From Vicinamibacterales bacterium (GTDB taxonomy: Bacteria; Acidobacteriota; Vicinamibacteria; Vicinamibacterales; JAMQPK01): a stretch of DNA of 64,000 nucleotides. The stretch spans positions 1,385,564 through 1,449,563 of the forward strand of contig CAWAKJ010000002.1 in assembly GCA_963782595.1 (NCBI GenBank), written 5' to 3'. The notes below the pieces were generated by a model that worked only from the letters and a program-made list of their open reading frames with translations, was not told the DNA's origin and made no database searches. The translations under genes were made by a program, and so were the position numbers. How positions within the stretch are numbered: the first letter of the stretch is position 1; each line of letters begins with the position of its first letter. This document shows, piece after piece, positions 38,512-47,506 of this stretch.

Positions 38512-39896
38512 AGACGTCGCGCGAGCGCGCCTGCCGCCACATCGGCGGGATTTTTTTCAAGTGCGCGCTGTACGGTGGCCCTCGCCTGGTCCAGCTGTCC
38601 TGCCTTGGCCTGCGCGTCGGCAAGCCGGACGAGCAGTGAAGTGTCGCCGGTCCCGAGCGCTTCCGATTTCTGATACCACACAGCGGCAGACACCGCGTCG
38701 TTCAACTTCATCGAAAGGTCCGCGATCCGCACGGCGTACGAGGCCCTTTCCCGGTCTTCGTCCACGAGCACCGAATATCTGACGAGGGCCTGACGCGCCT
38801 CGTCCAGGTGTCCGAGACGCTGGGCGACCGTGGCGAGATACGGCAGGATGTCCGGGTCGGTCGGGAAGCGCTGTGCTGCCTGCCGGAGCGCCGTCTCGGC
38901 CCGAGCGTGCTCGCCCGAAAGTATCAGCGCGCGTCCGAAGTGTCCCAGCGTCTCGCTGCTGGCGGTTGTCTGCGTGGCAATCGGTTCGAGCGCTTCGAGT
39001 GCCTTTCGCAGGTCGCTCGGATCGCCACTGTCTTCGGCAGCTTCCAGCCAGACCTGCCCGAGCGCCGCATAGACGCCAGGGGTTTCGGGAAACAGCTCCG
39101 AGGCCCGGCCAAGCGTGACCACGGCAAGCTCGCGGTTGCCTGCCCGCAGGTGCCCGAGGCCGACAGCAATCAGCCTCTCAGGTTTGGCAGGGTCGAGCGC
39201 AAACAGCGCATTCAACTGCTCGAGCTCGTCGCGGGTGCGACCCTGCAGCCGATACAACTCCGCAAGCTCCTCCCGGGCCGGAATAAAGGCAGGTGAGAGC
39301 GCGATCGCGCGATCGAAGGCCGCGCGCGCTTCGGGAAGCTGCTCGCGGTCCTTTAAACACAATCCGAGCACGTAATGCGCTTCGTGAAAGCCGGGATTGA
39401 GCTTGACCGCCTGCTGCAGGGCCGAAAGGGCGCGTCCAATACGCCCGTCGCCTCGCGACGCCAGGCCGAGCTTATAGAACACGGTGGGGGAGCGGTCGTC
39501 GAGGCGGATATAGGCCTCGTAGTTTTCGGCAGCGTTCGCAAAGCGCCGCAGCTGGACGTTGACGTCTCCCAGTTTCTCGAGCGCTCGGGTGGAGCTCGGC
39601 TCGAGCTGGTTGGCCGTCCGCAGGTCGCGTAGCGCCGCGGCGAGCATGTCCGGCGTATCTCCGCGGCGTTGATGCGCCTCGCCGCGTTTCAGGTGCGCCG
39701 GCATCGAGCCGCGCTTGAGCGCAATGGCTTCGCTGTACGCCTCGATGGCCACAAACGTCTCCCCCCGAATGAGCGCATCATCTCCTTGCTTGATGAGACG
39801 GAGGTACTCGCGGTCGCGTTCGACCGCCTGATCGGCGAGGATGCCGGCCGCAGCAAGGCCCGCCAGCACAACGATGGCGGCAATGATCTTTTTCAC
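38499..39896 (-). CDS. Membrane-anchored or secreted TPR protein
   Basis: N-terminal hydrophobic helix followed by many TPR-like repeats. Confidence 0.85.
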   Translation of the reverse strand: MKKIIAAIVVLAGLAAAGILADQAVERDREYLRLIKQGDDALIRGETFVAIEAYSEAIALKRGSMPAHLKRGEAHQRRGDTPDMLAAALRDLRTANQLEPSSTRALEKLGDVNVQLRRFANAAENYEAYIRLDDRSPTVFYKLGLASRGDGRIGRALSALQQAVKLNPGFHEAHYVLGLCLKDREQLPEARAAFDRAIALSPAFIPAREELAELYRLQGRTRDELEQLNALFALDPAKPERLIAVGLGHLRAGNRELAVVTLGRASELFPETPGVYAALGQVWLEAAEDSGDPSDLRKALEALEPIATQTTASSETLGHFGRALILSGEHARAETALRQAAQRFPTDPDILPYLATVAQRLGHLDEARQALVRYSVLVDEDRERASYAVRIADLSMKLNDAVSAAVWYQKSEALGTGDTSLLVRLADAQAKAGQLDQARATVQRALEKNPADVAAGALARRLQAR

Positions 39897-39923
39897 GACT
39901 CGGGCATGGTACCAAAGAATCTA

Positions 39924-39995
39924 GGGATTAGGGATTGGGGACTAGGGATTGGGCTCAGACAGTCGCAAGTCTCGAGTCGAAAGTCGCGAGTCGGC
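39924..39995 (+). repeat. GGGATTA heptamer array followed by AGTCGCN heptamer array
   Basis: GGGATTAGGGATTGGGGACTAGGGATTGGG then AGTCGCA AGTCTCG AGTCGAA AGTCGCG AGTCGGC. Confidence 0.8.
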
Positions 39996-40164
39996 ACCGA
40001 CTGGCAATAGCTCTCTTGAACGCGCTCGCCAACGGCAATTTCTCAGCGTTCCTCACACGCCGCTCAGGACGTGGCCGGCATGCGGCGCCTATGCTGCCTC
40101 CCCATGGAGGCAGCTATGGAACCCGTGAAGCGAATCGACTCCTAGTCCCTATTCCGTAAGTCAG

Positions 40165-40192
40165 GGAACATTCCGACCGAACCGGGGTCGAA
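40165..40192 (+). promoter_or_regulatory. Putative ECF-sigma (autoregulatory) promoter
   Basis: GGAAC-N17-GTCGAA ending 35 bp upstream of the ECF sigma start. Confidence 0.6.
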
Positions 40193-40227
40193 TCCCCCAG
40201 AACCTGCTATATTCGAGGATACCCACG

Positions 40228-40854
40228 ATGGCAGGAAATTTCTCAGTCAAACCGGCCGAAGCAATCGGGTGGTCATCCGAGGTCGCCAGCGGCGAAGCCG
40301 CGCTCATCCAGCGTTGTCTGGAGGGGGACGAAACGGCACACGCAGCCCTCGTGTTCGAGCACCATCGCCTCGTCCTCGGTCTCGCGACGCACCTCCTTGG
40401 CGACCGGGAAGAGGCGCTCGATCTGTCTCAGGAGGTCTTCTTGCGGGTATTCCGCACGCTGAACCGCTTCCGTGGACAGTCGTCGCTGCGAACCTGGATC
40501 TTCCGCATCGTCGTCAACCAGGTCCGCAACCGTCAGCGATGGTGGAGGCGCCGCCAGCGAGCCAACCAGGTCTCGCTCGACGAGCACATCCGCGATCACG
40601 GCGAGATGGTGCTGGGGGCTGAGGCGTGCACCCCGGATCGCGAGCTTGCGCGCAAGGAACTCGGCGCACGACTGAAGATGGCGATTCATAATCTGCCGTT
40701 CGAACAACGGACGGCTCTGGTGCTGCGGGAGATTGAGGGTTTGAGGTACGAGGAAATCGCGTTCTCGCTCGGGCTGCCCGTCGGCACCGTCAAGTCGAGG
40801 CTCACGCGCGCGCGTCAGGCGCTGCGCGAAGAGCTGGGGGACCTGCGATGCTGA
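40228..40854 (+). CDS. ECF sigma factor (sigma-70 group 4)
   Basis: DLSQEVFLRVF, FRGQSSLRTWIFRI, LREIEGLRYEEIA, GTVKSRLTRAR. Confidence 0.95.
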   Translation: MAGNFSVKPAEAIGWSSEVASGEAALIQRCLEGDETAHAALVFEHHRLVLGLATHLLGDREEALDLSQEVFLRVFRTLNRFRGQSSLRTWIFRIVVNQVRNRQRWWRRRQRANQVSLDEHIRDHGEMVLGAEACTPDRELARKELGARLKMAIHNLPFEQRTALVLREIEGLRYEEIAFSLGLPVGTVKSRLTRARQALREELGDLRC

Positions 40855-41642
40855 CCTGGAACTGCGAACGCGTGCGCGGCGAGCTGTCGGCCTTCTACGA
40901 CGAAGAGCTGCCGGTGGATGCCCGCATTGCGATTTCCGATCACCTCGACGCCTGTGCGTCGTGCCGGCTCGAGGCAGAGGATCTGGAGTTCATCGGCGAC
41001 GCCCTTCAGGCCACCGCCCGCGTCGAAGACGTGGCCGTCATGCCGGGGCTCAACCGCTTGCAGAGCGACTTCCTCGAGCGCTGGGATGCCGAAGAAAAGG
41101 CGTCGCTCGGACAGTCGATTCGAGACCTGTTCGACGATTCGCGGCGGACGTCGGCCTGCATTGGCGTTTCGGTGGTCGCATCGCTCTGCCTGGCCATGAG
41201 CGCCTTCCTGCTCGCGCAAAGCCCTATCCGCCATCCCGAGTCGCTGAAGGCGGCCATGACCTTGAGCTCGCGGGCCCGCACGGCCGATATCTACCTGCCG
41301 TCGGTCGAGTTTCTGCCGCGCGCGAATGCCGAGGCGATTATGCCGGCCACGGTCGTCAATCGCGACGACGAAGAAGTGGCGTTTGCAGCCCTGGTGACAG
41401 CTGACGGCAATCTCGAAGGGCTGGAGCTCATCGGCGAGCGCATGCCCGGCCGCCGCGGGTTGCCGACTCACGAGCAATTGGTGGAGCTGTTGAATGCCGC
41501 GGCGACCGCCCGCTTCGAGCCCGCCCGCGCAGCCGGCACCCCTGTCTCACAGAATGTGGTGTGGCTGGTCTCTCACACGACCGTCCGAGCGCCGCTTCGC
41601 GCCTACATCCGCGTGCGTGTCGACGGATGGAAGATGTTGTGA
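40848..41642 (+). CDS. zf-HC2 anti-sigma factor with TM helix and TonB-C-like periplasmic domain
   Basis: HLDACASC ZAS motif; TM segment; ARFEPARAAGTPV. Confidence 0.85.
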   Translation: MLTWNCERVRGELSAFYDEELPVDARIAISDHLDACASCRLEAEDLEFIGDALQATARVEDVAVMPGLNRLQSDFLERWDAEEKASLGQSIRDLFDDSRRTSACIGVSVVASLCLAMSAFLLAQSPIRHPESLKAAMTLSSRARTADIYLPSVEFLPRANAEAIMPATVVNRDDEEVAFAALVTADGNLEGLELIGERMPGRRGLPTHEQLVELLNAAATARFEPARAAGTPVSQNVVWLVSHTTVRAPLRAYIRVRVDGWKML

Positions 41643-41738
41643 TTCAGAAACTAGAATCTAAAATCTAGAATCTGAAATCTAAGATCTCCGCGCTAGTTCT
41701 CAGATTCTAGATTTTAGCTTTTAGATTCTAGCTTCCAG
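41641..41738. repeat. Inverted TAGAATC/GATTCTA heptamer arrays between convergent genes
   Basis: CTAGAATCTAAAATCTAGAATCTGAAATCTAAG...CTCAGATTCTAGATTTTAGCTTTTAGATTCTAG. Confidence 0.8.
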
Positions 41739-41740
41739 GA

Positions 41741-43978
41741 TCACTTACTTCCCACCACATCACCCCGGGCTGTCGCGGAATTGTTCTTCGCGTCGTACGC
41801 CCTGATTATCAGTCCCTTGGCTGTGTCGCCGTTGTCCAGCGTCAGCTCGAACTGTTCCTGGCGCGAGTCGAAGATGCCGTCGCGTGGATAGACGACCAGC
41901 CAGCGCTGTGCATCCAGTGAGTATTCCACCTTCGAGACCGACGACCAGTCGTCTCTGACTTCGAACTGAATGACCGTTCGACCGTTGGACGGGCGCGAGG
42001 TGGTGACGGTCACCACCGGCGGGCCGTTATCGATGTCGAACGCCGAGCTTTCGAGCTCGCCGTCGAGTGCTGCGCCGGGCGTGTTCGATGCCTCGTCCGA
42101 GGCGACGACCTTGACCAAATATGTTCCGTTGGGCACCGATGTCGTGTCCCACACGAAGATGGCTTCCTCGAGCTCGTCTTTCAGCGACTTCCACGCCGTT
42201 TCGCCCTCGCGCCGGTACAGAATCTCGTACCGCAGCTCGTCGTCGTTGGCGTCTTCTGCACGCCACACGAACGTCTGCAGGCCGCGCTGATAGACCCGAC
42301 GTCCGAGCGCCGACGACGAGCTTCCTGGCGTGGCTGTTGAGCTCAAAATGCGACGGTCCGGCGCCTGGTCGTCGAAGCCGGCAATGTCGGGGTCACCAGT
42401 GGGATAGGGCTTCTGAAACACTGTGCCTGCCGGGTGTACCGTGAGGCTCGTCACCTTTGGCCGCAGATTGCGTTGCACGTAGGCGGCAGAGACCGATGTG
42501 AGCATCGGGCTCGTCTGCTTGCCCGTGAGCACAGCTTTCCACTGCAGATAGCGCGCATTCGGGCTCTTGATCTCTTCGCCGTTGGCGACCGAATACGGCC
42601 CGCTCCACGCGCTCCAGGTGTCGTCCGGCGTGGCCGTGTTGCCCGTTCGCGTGAAGACGTCGACGCGGCCGCCTCCGGCGATCGCGGCGCGCCAGCTCAA
42701 CGTCCCCCAGTCGGCAACCGTCTGCGCATCGCGAACGACCGACGTGTAGGTGCCTTCCGCTGCGCGTTGCGAGGACAGCTTAAACACCTTCCCGGGATTC
42801 GACGTGGCGTAATAAACGTTGCCCTTGGCATCGCGCGCAAAGCCCGTCACCTGCTGAGCCGCCGCCTGCAACAGCAATGTCGCAGTTGCTGGATCCCCCG
42901 TCAGGCCGTAGAGCTTGCCGTTGCGGCCCGTTCCGACGATCAATGCACCGTTGGGATCGAACATCAAGTCGTAGGGCGAGTCTTCGCCCGATTCCCAGAG
43001 AATGTCCCATAGTCCGTCGGGCCGGATTCGATAGATGGCGCCGCGGCCTCCCCGCCGATCTTCTCGTGCGGGCGCTTCGGTCGTCCCGATGGACGCTCCT
43101 CCCGTATCGACCACTGCGATCGCCGTGACTTCGGTGGTCACCGTCGGCACCGGCTCGCGCGGGGCTGAAGGACTCGTCTCGGCCGGGGGACTCACAGACG
43201 GCTGGCTGCCCGCCGGGGTGCGTCCGCTCAGGGCGGCAAGATAGATGTTTCCCTGGGGATCGATGCGGATGGAGCGGACCTCCTGGAACGTCGAATCGAG
43301 CAGGAGGAACGCCTTGCCGGCGTTGTCCACGCGGAATAGTCGTCCGGGACTTTCGGTTCCCGCCAGCAACTGGCCCGTCCGCTCGAACGCGAGCGAAATG
43401 ACGTGCGTGGCTTTCGTCGCGTAGAAGACGGCGCTTTTACCGTCGGGCGTGATCTTGTAGATCAGGCCCTTTTCCCCGGTGCCCGCGTACAGATTACCCT
43501 GTGGATCGAGCGCAAGGCTCCAGATGTACTTGTCCTCCGGATCGAAGTAGGGCGTGCCTTTACCGGTCCGGTCGATCTTGTAAATGCGTCCGTCAGGCGA
43601 CGTCGCGGCATACATCGTCCCGTCGGGCGCCAGGACGAGGGCGTGCACCTCGAGCTCGGTTGAATCGAAGAAGGTCGTCGTTTTTCCCGCCGGGTCGATC
43701 TTGAAGACCTTGCCCTCGTTGCCGCTGCCCACATATATGGAGCCGTCGGAGGCCACCGCCATCGCCCACAGGAACGGCGAGGTAGTCTCGGCCACTATCT
43801 CAGTCGCCGGTCCGAGGACGAGTCGGCCATGGCTGTCGACGGACAGATTTTCGACTTCGCCACGCAGAAAGTCGTTGAGCGTCGCCGTCTGCCAGAAAAC
43901 CGGTTTGGATGCCGACAGCGTTGCGGCAGAAGCCGCAACTAGAGCGAGCACGAGGAGATTTCGCAGAGATAGACGCAT
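41741..43978 (-). CDS. Secreted beta-propeller protein with C-terminal FN3/Ig-like domains
   Basis: Signal peptide; repeated W-x-L-A-x-D..G.L.Y.G.T.G..G..Y.I blades; WDTTSVPNGTY.VKV.ASD. Confidence 0.8.
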   Translation of the reverse strand: MRLSLRNLLVLALVAASAATLSASKPVFWQTATLNDFLRGEVENLSVDSHGRLVLGPATEIVAETTSPFLWAMAVASDGSIYVGSGNEGKVFKIDPAGKTTTFFDSTELEVHALVLAPDGTMYAATSPDGRIYKIDRTGKGTPYFDPEDKYIWSLALDPQGNLYAGTGEKGLIYKITPDGKSAVFYATKATHVISLAFERTGQLLAGTESPGRLFRVDNAGKAFLLLDSTFQEVRSIRIDPQGNIYLAALSGRTPAGSQPSVSPPAETSPSAPREPVPTVTTEVTAIAVVDTGGASIGTTEAPAREDRRGGRGAIYRIRPDGLWDILWESGEDSPYDLMFDPNGALIVGTGRNGKLYGLTGDPATATLLLQAAAQQVTGFARDAKGNVYYATSNPGKVFKLSSQRAAEGTYTSVVRDAQTVADWGTLSWRAAIAGGGRVDVFTRTGNTATPDDTWSAWSGPYSVANGEEIKSPNARYLQWKAVLTGKQTSPMLTSVSAAYVQRNLRPKVTSLTVHPAGTVFQKPYPTGDPDIAGFDDQAPDRRILSSTATPGSSSSALGRRVYQRGLQTFVWRAEDANDDELRYEILYRREGETAWKSLKDELEEAIFVWDTTSVPNGTYLVKVVASDEASNTPGAALDGELESSAFDIDNGPPVVTVTTSRPSNGRTVIQFEVRDDWSSVSKVEYSLDAQRWLVVYPRDGIFDSRQEQFELTLDNGDTAKGLIIRAYDAKNNSATARGDVVGSK

Positions 43979-43985
43979 TCGATTC

Positions 43986-45809
43986 TTACTCGATGTTGAT
44001 CGTCAGCATGCGCGACCCGACCACGGCGAACTCGGTCGGCAGGTTCCATTCGCCAAGGGTCGCGTTCCGCAGCGGCACGAAGTCGCCGGTGCTGCGGTCG
44101 GCTTCAAATACCCCCAGGACGGACGGAGGCAGCGACGAGAGCGGCTCTCCGCTGATGACGGCACCGGCGTCGGAGGCCAGGAGGCGCACGTAGAGACGGT
44201 TGTTCTTCCGTATGGTGTTCAGCGCGCGCATCAACTGCGGCATGCTGCGCGGCTCGGTCGGTTGCCGCACTTCGCGGCGCTCCCACTGAGCGAGCCTGGT
44301 GCCATCGGAAACCATGACAGACAGCGAGCCGCTCGCGTTCGCCGGTATGTCCAGCGGCACAGTGCGCACAATCTCTTCGCCGCGATAGGTGCGCATCAGC
44401 ACCTTCAACGGCACCGAGCGGCCGGCCCGGGCACGTACGCCATCGAGCCACACGCGCTCGATCGTCGCCGTGCGCGGCTGCTCGGTCGACTGGATCGAGA
44501 GGTCTACGGATTCGATTTGAATCGGTTCGAAGTCGTTGTCGAGCAGGAACGTGAGCGGCGCCATCACCGAGCCGGCGGTATTGAGCGACGCGCTGCTCCC
44601 GGAGAATAGATCTTCGATCTTGATTTCGCCGTGTGATTTGACGTTCATCGTGCCTTTGATGTTGAACGTCGCGGCGCCTGTCTCGCGCTCGTACGAGGTG
44701 AGCGTGCTCAAAATCGACACGTAGGTGAAGAGCGGCGTAAACAACTCGTCGCTGACCACTTTGAACGCGAACTGCTTCTGGAATCCGCGCTCGGACTCGA
44801 GCGAGATCTTGACCGGGATGGTGGCCGGGGCGCTGCCCGTCAGTCCCGCGATCGTTGTCGCTCTGTCCTGGTGGACGGTGCCGACCACATCGCCCAGTGT
44901 GGCGATCTTCATGGACGAGGTCATGCTGGGCAGCAGGGTATGGATGTACGCCTTGGTCATCGGGAATGCGATCGGCCCAAGGTTGAAGAACGGGTGCCCA
45001 AAGGCATATACGCGATTGCCAATGACCTCGGTAACCGTTCCGGTGGCGCCCATATTGAAGTCGCCGCTGACGATGTTGACGCCAATCGCAGAGCCGGGGC
45101 GCAACGGACCGTCGGAGACGGCGGAGGACTGCCCTCCGGCTGCGCCCGCAACCGGCAGGAATCCGTAATCGCGGAACGACGCGCCGAGCATCTCGACGAC
45201 ATCCGGTGAGAATCCGCCGAGGCTCAGCGGAGTGGCGATCGGCCGCAGCATCGTCGCAACCTGTCCGCTGACGCCGTCGCCGAGCACCTGCACGTCGCCC
45301 GAGCGATCCGCGAACGGCCGTACCCAGGACATTGACGCGCGCATGGCGGCGGCCACGCTGTCGCGGGTCACTGGTAATTCAAGCCGCGCGCGTGTGCCAA
45401 TCGGCGCTCGGGGTGTATCGAGCGTCGCAGCGTCGATCATCTCGGCGATCGGGGTGATACCGGCGATTGGTTCCTTTGAAAACGCGCCAAGAGAGTACGA
45501 AACGGCCCCGACGAGCTGACCGTCGATATAGACGGGGCTGCCGCTCATGCCGGCAATGACACCGGTCTGGGCCAGCGGTCCGCCTTCGAGCTTCGCAAGG
45601 ATGAGATCGCGCTTGGGGCCGATCACGTTCTTCAGAACGCCGATGATATGAACCTTGAACTCTTCAATCTTGTCGCCCTGCCAAACGGTGTATCCAGTTC
45701 CGATGGTCCCTGGCTTCACCTGGTCGATCGGATAGTACGGCGGAGCAGCCGGTAAGGACACGACGAGCAGCGCCAGGCTCGTGCAGAGGGCGAAAAGAAG
45801 TCTCTTCAT
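43986..45809 (-). CDS. SpoIVB peptidase S55 domain protein
   Basis: Signal peptide; GVIAGMSGSPVYIDGQLVGAV, AFGHPF. Confidence 0.88.
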   Translation of the reverse strand: MKRLLFALCTSLALLVVSLPAAPPYYPIDQVKPGTIGTGYTVWQGDKIEEFKVHIIGVLKNVIGPKRDLILAKLEGGPLAQTGVIAGMSGSPVYIDGQLVGAVSYSLGAFSKEPIAGITPIAEMIDAATLDTPRAPIGTRARLELPVTRDSVAAAMRASMSWVRPFADRSGDVQVLGDGVSGQVATMLRPIATPLSLGGFSPDVVEMLGASFRDYGFLPVAGAAGGQSSAVSDGPLRPGSAIGVNIVSGDFNMGATGTVTEVIGNRVYAFGHPFFNLGPIAFPMTKAYIHTLLPSMTSSMKIATLGDVVGTVHQDRATTIAGLTGSAPATIPVKISLESERGFQKQFAFKVVSDELFTPLFTYVSILSTLTSYERETGAATFNIKGTMNVKSHGEIKIEDLFSGSSASLNTAGSVMAPLTFLLDNDFEPIQIESVDLSIQSTEQPRTATIERVWLDGVRARAGRSVPLKVLMRTYRGEEIVRTVPLDIPANASGSLSVMVSDGTRLAQWERREVRQPTEPRSMPQLMRALNTIRKNNRLYVRLLASDAGAVISGEPLSSLPPSVLGVFEADRSTGDFVPLRNATLGEWNLPTEFAVVGSRMLTINIE

Positions 45810-45856
45810 GTTGTTGAATCTATTGGGAATCCTTTCTAGTTATAGTGGCACATGTC

Positions 45857-45886
45857 TTGACAATTTCAAAGGCTTCCTGCTACTCT
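45857..45886 (+). promoter_or_regulatory. Sigma-70 promoter of the leader/aromatic superoperon
   Basis: TTGACA-N18-TACTCT with TGn extension. Confidence 0.7.
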
Positions 45887-45895
45887 CGGAGCCTC

Positions 45896-46009
45896 ATGGC
45901 CTCCACCAAACGCGCCCCGCGCCCGATTGTCGTCGCGTTGGGCAAGCTGTCGTTTGGTTTTGGTTGGTGGTATTACGCCCGAACTGAAGGGGCAACTGCC
46001 TTGGCCTGA
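45896..46009 (+). CDS. Putative attenuator leader peptide (37 aa) with a Phe/Trp/Tyr cluster
   Basis: MASTKRAPRPIVVALGKLSFGFGWWYYARTEGATALA*; lies between the promoter and the terminator preceding aroD-aroE. Confidence 0.85.
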   Translation: MASTKRAPRPIVVALGKLSFGFGWWYYARTEGATALA

Positions 46010-46033
46010 GATCGAACGTAACCCGGAGCCAAC

Positions 46034-46072
46034 AAAGCCTCTTCAGCCGACCTGGTTGAAGAGGCTTTTTTT
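46034..46072 (+). terminator. Attenuator terminator hairpin
   Basis: AAAGCCTCTTCAGCC-GACCT-GGTTGAAGAGGC followed by T7, directly before ATG 46073. Confidence 0.9.
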
Positions 46073-47506
46073 ATGTCCAGACCATTGTTCGTCATTACCG
46101 TCGCTGCGCCCACAACGGCGGAGCTGCGCCGCCGTCGCGACGCTGCCTCACAGGCAGGGGCCGATCTGGTCGAGCTGCGGCTGGATTCGGTCAGCGACCC
46201 CGATGTGGCCGGCGCACTGGACGGACGAAAGGGCCCAGTCATCGTCACCTGCCGGCCCGAGTGGGAGGGCGGGGCATATAAAGATGCGGAGGCTGACCGC
46301 CGGAAGATTCTCGAGTGCGCGCTCCAGCAAGGCGCCGAGTACGTCGATCTCGAGTTCAAGGCGGCATTCGCCTCCGAGCTGATTCGGTCGACCGGCGGAC
46401 AGCGCATCGTGTTGTCGTCGCACGACTTTCAGGGTGTACCCGCGGATCTGATCGATCGCGTTCGGGCGATGCGGGCAGCGGGCGCGGAGATCGTCAAGAT
46501 CGCGATTACCGCGCACTCATTAGCCGACAATCTGCACTTGCTGCAACTCGAGCGCGCCCGGAACACGATTTTGATCGGGATGGGGCCCGTGGGCGCACCG
46601 ACTCGCGTGCTGGCGGCGCATTTCCACTCTCACTGGAGCTATGCGGGCGATGCGCACGCGCCCGGGATGATCGCCGCGGCCCGCATGCTCGACGAGTTCA
46701 GATTTCGGGAGGTGACCGATGCGACGTCGATCTACGGCGTCGTCGGCTCGCCACTGTCGCATTCGGTGTCTCCTGCGATGCACAACGCTGCGATCCGGGC
46801 GGCGGGAGTCGATGCCGTGTACCTGCCGCTCGTAGCCTCGAGCGCCGACGACTTCACAATGTTCGCCACGGCGCTGGGGGTGCAGGGCGTCAGCATCACC
46901 ATTCCCTATAAGGTCGATTTGTTTCAGCGTGCAGACGAGGTGGACGAGCTCAGCAGGAAAGTGGGGGCCGTCAACACATATCGGCGTGCGGGCGCCGGAT
47001 GGGAAGCGCGCAATACGGATGTCAGCGGGTTTCTGGCGCCACTCGCTGGCCGGTTGAATCTTCGCGGGGCGCGTGCCGCCATCCTCGGGACGGGCGGTGC
47101 GGCGCGCGCGGTGGCGGTGGCCCTCGGATCGGCAGGTTCCGTGGTGACGGTGTACGGACGCAACCGCGGCAGGGCCAGGGATGTCGCGGCGTTGGCCGGC
47201 GGCGCGGCGTCTGCCTTTCCCGTGGAAGCAAAGAGCTGGGATCTTCTGGTGAATACGACACCGGTCGGGATGTTTCCCAACATCGACGAGACACCATTCG
47301 AAGGAACATTCGACGGCCAGTGTGTGTACGACCTGGTCTACAACCCGATCGACACCCGCCTGCTGAAAGAGGCGGCCGCCGCTGGATGCGAAACGATTGG
47401 CGGACTCGACATGCTGGTCGCGCAGGCCGAGGACCAGTCCGAGTGGTGGCTCGGCAGGCGACCGCCCGCCGGGTTAATGCGTGAAGCCGCAGTTCGACAC
47501 TTATGA
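46073..47506 (+). CDS. aroE: Bifunctional type I 3-dehydroquinate dehydratase / shikimate dehydrogenase
   Basis: ELRLD, TCRPEWEGG, SSHDF, IVKIA (AroD); HSVSPAMHN, SITIPYK, AVNT, NTDVSG, GTGGAARA, DLVYNP (AroE). Confidence 0.93.
   Translation: MSRPLFVITVAAPTTAELRRRRDAASQAGADLVELRLDSVSDPDVAGALDGRKGPVIVTCRPEWEGGAYKDAEADRRKILECALQQGAEYVDLEFKAAFASELIRSTGGQRIVLSSHDFQGVPADLIDRVRAMRAAGAEIVKIAITAHSLADNLHLLQLERARNTILIGMGPVGAPTRVLAAHFHSHWSYAGDAHAPGMIAAARMLDEFRFREVTDATSIYGVVGSPLSHSVSPAMHNAAIRAAGVDAVYLPLVASSADDFTMFATALGVQGVSITIPYKVDLFQRADEVDELSRKVGAVNTYRRAGAGWEARNTDVSGFLAPLAGRLNLRGARAAILGTGGAARAVAVALGSAGSVVTVYGRNRGRARDVAALAGGAASAFPVEAKSWDLLVNTTPVGMFPNIDETPFEGTFDGQCVYDLVYNPIDTRLLKEAAAAGCETIGGLDMLVAQAEDQSEWWLGRRPPAGLMREAAVRHL

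Noticed and set aside
41641-41738. CRISPR array (also considered for the other repeat clusters)
   Set aside because: Units are 7-mers or palindromes without unique spacers, and there are no cas genes
45890-46072. T-box riboswitch
   Set aside because: No TGGNACC T-box motif and the leader is short; the uORF model explains the features better
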